Virus record (IMG/VR): IMGVR_UViG_3300013233_000773 | Direction: 5' to 3' (one strand) | Length of the DNA stretch: 64,000 nucleotides | Source: a virus | Part shown: in pieces, positions 56,857 through 64,000 of the stretch | Numbering within the stretch: the stretch's first letter is position 1 | How the letters are laid out: each line of letters opens with the position of its first letter | Position numbers and translations under genes: made by a program | Notes under the pieces: generated by a model | The model's database searches: none | Seen by the model: only the letters and a program-made list of their open reading frames with translations | What the model was told of the DNA's origin: nothing

Positions 56857-57423
56857 CTAGAACCCGTAGCCAAACAAGTCTATGTCCGGAGCAAAGGTTC
56901 GGCCGACCAGCTCCCTGGTCTCCTCGTCGTAGAAGTCACGATAGGACACCCTGTTGGAGACGTTCAGCCTCGGCAACACGGCCGACACTCCAATCCTGGA
57001 ACATATCGACCGAAAGTCATCCTCAAGACGTTCAAAGCGACCAACGAAGTCAACCAGCGCCTCCCCATCGTCTGAACAGACGAGGTCCTTCTGAAACCGG
57101 ACGTCGTTATCGCACCGCCACTTGACGTACGCCCCAAAGCTCCCAAGGCCCTTGACGAGACCGTGCTGAAAGTGACGCTTCTCGAGCAGCATGTAGCAGT
57201 ACTGCGAAACCTGCCAGTCCCACGGATTCCTAACGAAGGCAAAGGAGAAGAGTGACCTGAACCTCTCCCTCCCAAGCCTCTCGACGACCTCGGCAGCGCT
57301 GACGTGGGCATGAAACGGCCCGGGATTCTTCTTCGCGAACGGACCAAGCGCCCTAGCAATGCTCATCCCGGCATTCTTGTAGACGTGTATGAAGATGAAC
57401 CCATGCCTGTAGGAGATAAGCAT
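56857..57423 (-). CDS. sulfotransferase (Sulfotransfer_2-like)
   Basis: MLISYRHGFIFIHVYKNAGMSI, FAFVRNPWDWQVSQY, DFVGRFERL, DIDLFGY. Confidence 0.88.
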   Translation of the reverse strand: MLISYRHGFIFIHVYKNAGMSIARALGPFAKKNPGPFHAHVSAAEVVERLGRERFRSLFSFAFVRNPWDWQVSQYCYMLLEKRHFQHGLVKGLGSFGAYVKWRCDNDVRFQKDLVCSDDGEALVDFVGRFERLEDDFRSICSRIGVSAVLPRLNVSNRVSYRDFYDEETRELVGRTFAPDIDLFGYGF

Positions 57424-57530
57424 CCAGCATCCCCAGCGAAGAAACCATATTTACGTTTTGCCCGCACACTCTAGACGCCTGAGCGGCCCCGCCAAAGATC
57501 AAACAGGAGACCGGACCAAGGAGACGGAAC

Positions 57531-58379
57531 ATGGCAGATCGCGCACGCACGGCAGCCACGCTCATCCTCGTCGCCGCAACCGCCGGCTGCATATCCGGAA
57601 ACCGCGCCAACCACACCGACACCGGACCACAGGTCCTGGCAGGCCCCGTCATCGCCGTCCGCGACCCCGCCGACGCCGCCGCAGGCAGGAAGCAGATAGT
57701 CTCCGACCTCAAGGACCAGATAGTCACCAGCTCCAACGCCACCAGGAACCAGCTCTCCGGAATGGTCACCACCAGCATATCCAAGCTCGGAGAGAAGGTG
57801 ACAGGCATAGAGGCCTCCATCCAGAGCCTCCTCCACATGGACCTCACCGCAGACGTCAAGGCAAGCCTCAACAACCAGCTCAAGGCCACCGCCGAGATGC
57901 ACAACAGCATAGAGTCCCTGCTCAAGGTGCAGAGCACCGTACAGGGAAACCTCGAAAGCCTAGTCCGCATCAACGGAGAGCTCCGCGCCCAGGTCAACGG
58001 CCTCGAAGCCAGCCTCAACGCCCTCGCCAACGGCCAAGCAGGCATAGGAAACAAGATAACCAGCAGCATGGACCGCATTGATTCGTCCATGCGCGCCAAC
58101 GCAGGACGCGACGTCAACATGTTCCCAAAGCAGGCAGTCGACGCCCTCATAGCCTCCTGGCGCACCTTCACGGCAGTCATAGCCATGATCCTCGCCCTCA
58201 TCGCCGCCATCACCGCATACCTCTACCGCAGCAGAAGGGACGAACTCCACAGACGATACGAACTCGAACGCGCCCGCAACAAGGCGACGAACGACCTGCT
58301 CCACCACGCCCTCCTCCACGTCCCGCCCGAAAAGGCCAAGCAGATATTGCCAGACCAGCCACCGGCCCCGACCACATAG
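57531..58379 (+). CDS. putative lipoprotein with coiled coil and C-terminal TM (u-spanin-like architecture)
   Basis: Signal ending ATAGC; long heptad region; TM FTAVIAMILALIAAITAYLY then RSRR. Confidence 0.6.
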   Translation: MADRARTAATLILVAATAGCISGNRANHTDTGPQVLAGPVIAVRDPADAAAGRKQIVSDLKDQIVTSSNATRNQLSGMVTTSISKLGEKVTGIEASIQSLLHMDLTADVKASLNNQLKATAEMHNSIESLLKVQSTVQGNLESLVRINGELRAQVNGLEASLNALANGQAGIGNKITSSMDRIDSSMRANAGRDVNMFPKQAVDALIASWRTFTAVIAMILALIAAITAYLYRSRRDELHRRYELERARNKATNDLLHHALLHVPPEKAKQILPDQPPAPTT

Positions 58380-58389
58380 GACCGAGCGG

Positions 58390-59178
58390 TCAAACCGGCC
58401 ACGGAACGACAGGCCTCCGCCTCCTGGAAAGCCTCCCAGGAACACGGGGCACGCACTCGGAAGGGTTCAGGATACAATACAGGTCATCTATCTCCCACCC
58501 CTGACGAACCACCCCACGGCACAGCGACGACTCAAGCACCGCCGCCCACTTCCCCTCCCCACGATCATGCACCCACGCCCTACACACCCGCCCGACCAGC
58601 CTAGAACCCCAAGCGTTCCAACCACGCTTCGGGGAGAACCTCTGCCTACGCACAAGCTCACCACAGCGGACCCACCCGGCACCGGGCAGCCTAATGAAAC
58701 CATCTCCGAAGAGCACCCTCTCGTGTACCGGAGCCCCAGTGCCCCTATCCGCCCTAAAGCACCCATGGTCACCACCGCGCAGGACCCTCGGAAGGTCCCC
58801 AACCGACCTCACGGACGGACGGACGAAGTCAAGGACCGCCACTACGTCCCTGGCGGCCTGCTCGAGCACCACGGGGTGCACCGGCCTCAGCTCCCTGTGC
58901 GACCATGTTAGCTCAACCAGGTCCCCTAGGACGTCCTTCATCTCGAACACTGGTAGGGAACGGCCCTCCACGATCGCCCTATACCACCCGGACAGGATCC
59001 AGTTGTGGACGAACCTAGTCGCTAAACATGACCTGCTGAAGGACTCCTCCTGCTCCTCCCCAGGATACAGGTGTACGGCGTGCCTGTCGAACAGCCTGAT
59101 CCCGGACCGTATGCGGACATCGAACTCGGCCATCCGGTCAAGTCCTCCACTCAGTGCCTCTTTGCACATTGGAAACAT
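58390..59178 (-). CDS. hypothetical protein
   Basis: 262-aa ORF with GAGG upstream. Confidence 0.55.
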   Translation of the reverse strand: MFPMCKEALSGGLDRMAEFDVRIRSGIRLFDRHAVHLYPGEEQEESFSRSCLATRFVHNWILSGWYRAIVEGRSLPVFEMKDVLGDLVELTWSHRELRPVHPVVLEQAARDVVAVLDFVRPSVRSVGDLPRVLRGGDHGCFRADRGTGAPVHERVLFGDGFIRLPGAGWVRCGELVRRQRFSPKRGWNAWGSRLVGRVCRAWVHDRGEGKWAAVLESSLCRGVVRQGWEIDDLYCILNPSECVPRVPGRLSRRRRPVVPWPV

Positions 59179-59214
59179 ATCCTCTGAACCAGGACTCTCA
59201 GGAGAGGGGCAAGC

Positions 59215-59924
59215 GGCCTGTCCTCTTAGTCGATCCAGAGCGTATATAGCGTCACTGGAGGGAAAGGACCCTCCCGAGGGGACAGGCCTGATCTTTAGAA
59301 GGGCCAGTCCAGGCGGTCGTTAGAAAGGCAGCCGGGTCACCGACCCTGCAGCGCGTCGTGATGACGCCCTGTGTGACCAGGCGGACCCGTTCAAATGGGT
59401 ACGGCTAGACCGCCAAGACAAAAACAGCAAAGCCTAGGGCGCAGTTAAAGCCAAGCAGGACAGAGGACCGCCGGTGAACTCTAAAGTCTCATAGCCGGCA
59501 ACACAGAACGCCATCGTGAACCGGACCGGGCGTGGCACCCCGGAAACGACACGATGCCGGCACGGCGCTGCACATGCTGCTCGATCACGGCACTAGAAAA
59601 AGCCGAACGGGGCACACACGACGCTGAGTGAGGATGGAAAGGGACGACAAGCCACCTTCTCCTGAGAGCACATGTGCAGGACAGACCGACCGGAATAACC
59701 AGCGGGCCAAGAACAGGCGACTGTCCTTGGCGCCGGAGAGTAGCGGTAATCAGTCCGCCACGATGGAACTCCGGCAATGCGGACCTCTGCTTGGTCGTGA
59801 CCGCCCGGACGAGATCCGGATGGACGCGCGAAAGGAAGCATCCTGGCCACGCCATGGTCACCTGTCTAGAGGACCATGGCCCACGTTTAACAAGGATGGT
59901 ACCTTGGAGGTGATGAACTAGGCT
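59215..59924 (+). ncRNA. candidate large structured non-coding RNA (~700 nt), class unknown
   Basis: About 20 complementary segments, mostly nested, including long-range AGCCTAG/CTAGGCT and CCAAGCAG/CTGCTTGG; A-rich linkers on + strand; no convincing ORF. Confidence 0.65.
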
Positions 59925-59965
59925 ACTGACAACCAAATAACTGGATCCATCTCATGGCCAGTGGG

Positions 59966-60115
59966 CTCATTCTCTCCTGCCACATGCAGCGGCACACCAA
60001 GGAGAAGAGGAAGAGGAAGAGAAAGATAGACATAAAACCAGTGCCATTGACCTCATTGACCTCATTCTCTCCTGCCACATGCAGCACAACACCAAGGAGA
60101 GGAAGAGGAAGTAGA
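59966..60115 (+). repeat. two ~55-nt direct repeats (25-nt identical core plus purine tract)
   Basis: CTCATTCTCTCCTGCCACATGCAGC at 59966-59990 and 60061-60085, each followed by CACCAAGGAGA...GGAAGAGGAAG. Confidence 0.9.
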
Positions 60116-60448
60116 AGGCGGCAGTCGTTCCCTTCTGCCATATGGAGTGGATCCAGTGCTGGGGGCCAGGAAGTTCCTCTCCCTTGTCCTAGTGGGCCAT
60201 GGACAGCAGGATAGATCAGTGGTCACCGCAGGATCTGGAGGCCAACAGCTGAGGTTCCGGTTATCTTGTTGAAGTCCCGGTTACCTCTACCCCTGATAGC
60301 GATGGGACAGCTGACTGTTACTGGTGGACTGCTAGTATAGAGTACCGCTGGTCCAGGGCCTTGCAGGCGGCGGATGCGGATGCAACTGGAGACATCATAT
60401 CCAGACAGAGAACGGACAACTAGAAGAAAATGAGCCAATGAGTGAGAC

Positions 60449-60495
60449 AAAACAACCGGTTGTGATAGATAAGGAACATAAAACAACCGGTTGTG
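60449..60495. promoter_or_regulatory. paired palindromic operator/iteron-like sites
   Basis: AAAACAACCGGTTGTG at 60449-60464 and 60480-60495, containing palindrome ACAACCGGTTGT, 31-nt period, AT-rich context. Confidence 0.7.
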
Positions 60496-60562
60496 GTCTA
60501 AAGAAGTTACTTGCATTTAGTCTCTTATTTGATATCGTGACCCTGGTCTTGGAGAAGACAAA

Positions 60563-61072
60563 GTGGCCATGTTCTGGATATGTAAGGAATGTGGTGAAAG
60601 GATGACCGATAGGCAGTCATATCTCGAACACTCGTGCGCGCCAAATGGTTCAGTGCAGGCTTGCCTCTCCAAGCGCGACAAGGCCCTGGAAGAGATAAGG
60701 TTCTGGATAGGCAAGGTTCCCTATGAGTTGCGTTCAGTCCTCGTCATGACCGTCAACCTGCTTAAGATGATCGATCCTGACGAGAAGACCTTCGTCGTAG
60801 ACGGCGAGCTGTATAGGAGAAAGATGGAGGATGCGGAGGAGCGCGCCAAGGATGCGGAGGGGCGCGCCAAGGAGGCGGAGGAGCGTGCCAAGGAGGCGGA
60901 GGAGCGTGCCAAGGAGGCGGAGGAGCGTGCCAAGAGAGCGACGGAGAGATTCATGGCCCTGATGGAGGACAACAACGCACTAAAGGCGAAGCTGTTCGAC
61001 CTGCAGGAGGAGATGGACAGGCTCCGCGCAAGGATGATGTCGACTGAAAAGAGGATGCTGGACCTGGACTAA
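60563..61072 (+). CDS. zinc finger + heptad-repeat coiled-coil protein
   Basis: CKECG...H.C; (EERAKEA)n encoded by 21-nt repeats. Confidence 0.7.
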   Translation: MAMFWICKECGERMTDRQSYLEHSCAPNGSVQACLSKRDKALEEIRFWIGKVPYELRSVLVMTVNLLKMIDPDEKTFVVDGELYRRKMEDAEERAKDAEGRAKEAEERAKEAEERAKEAEERAKRATERFMALMEDNNALKAKLFDLQEEMDRLRARMMSTEKRMLDLD

Positions 61073-61105
61073 CCTCAAACATATCTGGTCCGGAGTCCTT
61101 GCAGA

Positions 61106-63214
61106 ATGCCGAGCGCGACCAAGCTGCCAAAGAGAGCAAACGATGGTGACCAGGTGGCCGACCACCTCGGCAACGTCTACGAGTACAGCTCCGAACAGAA
61201 CTGCTGGCGCAACATAGGCATCCTGAAGCCTCCACAGGTGGTCGACTCCGAGAACAATGGTATCATCACCCCAGAAATATTCGATAGGATACAGTCCATA
61301 CGGAAATTCAAGAAGGACGGAGTCAAGTTCGACCTCAACAAGATATTCGTCGGCAGGACCGACCGGCACCCCTACTTCTACATGTTCCACTCGACGGACG
61401 ACCTGATCAGGTTCGACCCCTACGTCGAACCGGACGGAACCGTCAAGCTGCCGATAGAGTTCGACCGCCAGAGGTTCTATCAAAAGCTCACGCGCACACC
61501 GTGCACAGGGCCACGTGGTCACCAGGGGCCGCCAGGACTTCCTGGAAAGGACGGCAAGCCGGCACCGAACGAAAGGCCAAGGTCACCGGTCAAGCTCGAC
61601 AAGGACTCATTCACGATCAATCCGGTCAGGATCCCCGCCCCGCTTCCCGACGAGCCAATCTCGGTTCGGGTCTTTGACAACGACGAACAGGTTCTCGAGG
61701 TGCTCGTTCCGGTCGGCACCGGAGACCTGGAGGCCGTTGATGGACCGGTCTTTACCGTCGACCTCGAGAGGACAGACCTCTCGTTCAACGATGGCATGCT
61801 CGGCGGAACTGTCTTCGTCAGCAGCGGAGAGTTCGTCAACGAGCCGAACAGGTGGAGGTACAGGGCTAGGCAGCGGGGCAGGGCGGGGCCGCCAGGAAGG
61901 GACGGATCCGGTCTGCTTGAGGTCGTCGAGGACATGTTCGTTGACGATGCAGTGTCCTTCAACGGGTTCGTGGCGTCCGTTCACGTTACCCCGACGGAGG
62001 ATGTAGTCGTCCTTAATGGCTCCTTGTCGGACAAGCTGTGCAGCAGTTCCCTTAAGCTGACCTCCGAGGACCTGCCGGTCGCCGACCTGCTCGAGAGGCG
62101 GGTGGTGGCCGTGGAGCAGGCCGCGAAGAGCTGCAAGGACGTGGCCTCGTACACGTTCAAGCCGGACGAGGTGGTGGTCCCGAAGCTCTCCCTGCCCGAC
62201 TGGACTCCGACGATGGCGTGTAGGGATCAGAGGAGGTTCGAGTTCCAGAAGTTCAAGTGGTTCGACGAGATTGGGGAGATAGTGCCCGAGAACGCCGACT
62301 GCATGACGGCGGGCTTCGCGTTCACGATCCTTGGAGAACCGAAGCCTGGCGTGGAGTGCTGCAAGGAGGATTTCTTCCTATGCAACAACCAGGGAGACTT
62401 CTGCGTGATCGACGGGTCTCCTGCAGTCGTTTCGCGCGGTGAGAACTCGCCGGAGCCGTCCGCCACGGTCGGGACGGTCAGTTCGAGCACGGCAGTCGTG
62501 GAGACGCCCGACTTCATCATTCCGGAGCCGGAGCCCGTCAAGGAGGGGAAGATAGTGCCGGCGAGGTGTCCGTTCGGATCCTCGTCGTCTTCCAGTTCGA
62601 CAAGCTCCTCCAGTTCGTCCAGCTCGAGCTCATCTTCACTCGGGTCCAGTTCGTCCAGCTCGTCGTCCAGCTCTTCATCGTCTAGTTCAAGCTCGTCGAG
62701 TTCAAGCTCGTCCAGCTCTTCGTCGTCGAGTTCGTCCAGCTCCAGCTCGTCCAGCGCATTGACTGAGTGCTGTACGGACGGGCTGTCGGCGTCGTATAAG
62801 GTGATCTGCGGGGCGGTGTTCTGCGACTCGAACGATCCCTCAGGATTTGCCAAGAACTTTGCATTCCTGGAGTTCAACAAGGGATGCTTTATCAAGTGCA
62901 CGGAGGTCAATAGTGGTGCCTGCACGTCGTGCACGACGAATGAGTTCGTCGGGCGGTGTGAGCTGACGTGTCCAGCCGGTGGCGCCAATGGCTTTGGTCA
63001 TCTGGACGAGAAGACAGTAACCCTGAAGTGGAAGGACAAGATCCTACAGAACGTACTCCACAATGAGTGTGGCGCAGATAGCGTCAACACCCCCTTCACT
63101 GGTACGATAAAGCTTGCGTGCGACGTTCTCTGTGAGAACGGAAATCCGAAGGTGAAGTACATAAAATTCATCTTCACCAACGGATGCCTGAATGGTATTA
63201 TTGGCTGTCAATAA
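61106..63214 (+). CDS. virion-like protein with collagen-like triplets, long poly-Ser tract and Cys-rich C-terminus
   Basis: GPRGHQGPPGLPGKDG; 56 Ser in 59 codons (62579-62755). Confidence 0.75.
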   Translation: MPSATKLPKRANDGDQVADHLGNVYEYSSEQNCWRNIGILKPPQVVDSENNGIITPEIFDRIQSIRKFKKDGVKFDLNKIFVGRTDRHPYFYMFHSTDDLIRFDPYVEPDGTVKLPIEFDRQRFYQKLTRTPCTGPRGHQGPPGLPGKDGKPAPNERPRSPVKLDKDSFTINPVRIPAPLPDEPISVRVFDNDEQVLEVLVPVGTGDLEAVDGPVFTVDLERTDLSFNDGMLGGTVFVSSGEFVNEPNRWRYRARQRGRAGPPGRDGSGLLEVVEDMFVDDAVSFNGFVASVHVTPTEDVVVLNGSLSDKLCSSSLKLTSEDLPVADLLERRVVAVEQAAKSCKDVASYTFKPDEVVVPKLSLPDWTPTMACRDQRRFEFQKFKWFDEIGEIVPENADCMTAGFAFTILGEPKPGVECCKEDFFLCNNQGDFCVIDGSPAVVSRGENSPEPSATVGTVSSSTAVVETPDFIIPEPEPVKEGKIVPARCPFGSSSSSSSTSSSSSSSSSSSSLGSSSSSSSSSSSSSSSSSSSSSSSSSSSSSSSSSSSSSALTECCTDGLSASYKVICGAVFCDSNDPSGFAKNFAFLEFNKGCFIKCTEVNSGACTSCTTNEFVGRCELTCPAGGANGFGHLDEKTVTLKWKDKILQNVLHNECGADSVNTPFTGTIKLACDVLCENGNPKVKYIKFIFTNGCLNGIIGCQ

Positions 63215-63788
63215 GGAGGACGGGATGCACACCCTCAAGAACAAGCACCGGCTGCCGGCAGCCAGGAAAAAGTTTCTATACCCATGCAAGCACCGAGTGC
63301 CGGTGACCGAGGTCGAGAACCCACCGTTGGTGGCCAACAAGAACAGTAGCGTGTGTCTTGCCATCAGTGAACGGTGCGGGGCCATGACCTCGACGAACGC
63401 CACAATGTGTGCGCAGTGCCAGCTAGACGGAGAGATGAATGAGGGCTACGTCCGAAACTGGGCGGACAAGATGATAAGCACAGCGATGCGGAACGCCTAT
63501 CATGGCTTTCATGCCAAGGAGGAGATTCTGAACGTGGCCCGGGTGGCCCATCAGGGCATCTGCGACGTACGCGCTGGCCGGAATAAGCTACGTAGCTTCC
63601 TGGAGCAGATGGTGATGTTGGACAGGCTATCCTTCGACGAGGTCGAGAAGCTGATCAGGGAAGAGATGCCGGAGATCAACGAGGATGAGCTTTCTAGAGA
63701 ATCTGAAGGAACTCAAACAGGGCAAGCCAAGGACGACGCCACAGCACCTCGCAACGACCGGAATGCCGAGTCCGGACGAGCTACCTGA
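63192..63788 (+). CDS. Cys-containing hypothetical protein
   Basis: YPCKHR, CAQCQ; likely start near 63225 after AGGAGG. Confidence 0.6.
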   Translation: MVLLAVNKEDGMHTLKNKHRLPAARKKFLYPCKHRVPVTEVENPPLVANKNSSVCLAISERCGAMTSTNATMCAQCQLDGEMNEGYVRNWADKMISTAMRNAYHGFHAKEEILNVARVAHQGICDVRAGRNKLRSFLEQMVMLDRLSFDEVEKLIREEMPEINEDELSRESEGTQTGQAKDDATAPRNDRNAESGRAT

Positions 63789-64000
63789 GAACCTGAGGAC
63801 GCGCGGCGGCTGTGGATCGTGTGGAAAGAAGAGCCTTGGTGGAATCAGCTACGTCCGCGCCATGATGTCCGGCAAGGTTCCGGAGTCCGTGGCGAAGGAA
63901 CGAATGACGGCATGCGAGGCCTGCAACGGCAAGGATTCCGCAGGTGAGCGTCTCTTCCGGATAGTGGAGGGCAAGCCATTCTGTGGTCTTCCGCGCCTAA
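63685..64000 (+). CDS. Cys-rich hypothetical protein, partial
   Basis: Open frame MSFLENLK...GGCGSCG...CEAC...FCG to the window end. Confidence 0.5.
   Translation, partial: MSFLENLKELKQGKPRTTPQHLATTGMPSPDELPENLRTRGGCGSCGKKSLGGISYVRAMMSGKVPESVAKERMTACEACNGKDSAGERLFRIVEGKPFCGLPRL

Noticed and set aside
59215-59924. Group I/II intron, RNase P, tmRNA or tRNA cluster
   Set aside because: No hallmark motifs or cloverleaves recognised and no interrupted host gene; kept as an unknown ncRNA
59966-60495. CRISPR mini-array
   Set aside because: Only two copies of each repeat, spacing does not fit a repeat-spacer pattern, and no cas genes are present
59481-60516. Short ORFs in the intergenic region
   Set aside because: No coherent protein features; they overlap the structured and repeat elements
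60825-60935. 21-nt tandem repeat as a regulatory array
   Set aside because: In-frame coding repeat (EERAKEA heptads)
1-64000. Genome-wide TAG-to-Gln recoding (code 15)
   Set aside because: Long conserved genes have no internal TAG and many end at TAG at the expected length. In-frame TAG-to-next-gene junctions (12894, 34523, 47465) are a minority compatible with chance. Occasional suppression is not excluded.

Overview
This window looks like a 64-kb piece of a large, GC-rich, T4-like (myovirus/jumbo-type) phage genome in the standard genetic code. Most genes left of ~59 kb lie on the minus strand. They include a neck (gp13-like) gene and a contractile-tail baseplate module (gp6/J, gp25, gp5/VgrG, gp53/LysM, tube-like, tape measure, hub). 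The replication/recombination set comprises a primase, class II RNR with a LAGLIDADG intein, Holliday junction resolvase, 5'-3' exonuclease, gp32-like SSB, UvsY-like protein, short PolA, DnaB-like helicase, RecA and a two-gene DnaE. Also present are dispersed glycan-modifying enzymes (3 sulfotransferases, 2 glycosyltransferases, a methyltransferase), two endonuclease-Mom/GNAT fusions, tail fibre genes, a GroES-like protein and an actin-fold ATPase. Main highlights: (1) a ~700-nt densely base-paired, probably non-coding element (59215-59924) matching no RNA class I recognise, next to a repeat-rich region where gene orientation and GC skew flip (candidate origin); (2) a neck protein ending in a complete Hint domain that lacks the terminal Asn and C-extein; (3) a DnaE split without inteins, with a duplicated palm segment; (4) two recurring upstream motifs (CAAAGATA, GTATTTGA) that look like late and replication-gene promoters. 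All calls come from motif recognition by eye; no searches or folding programs were run.
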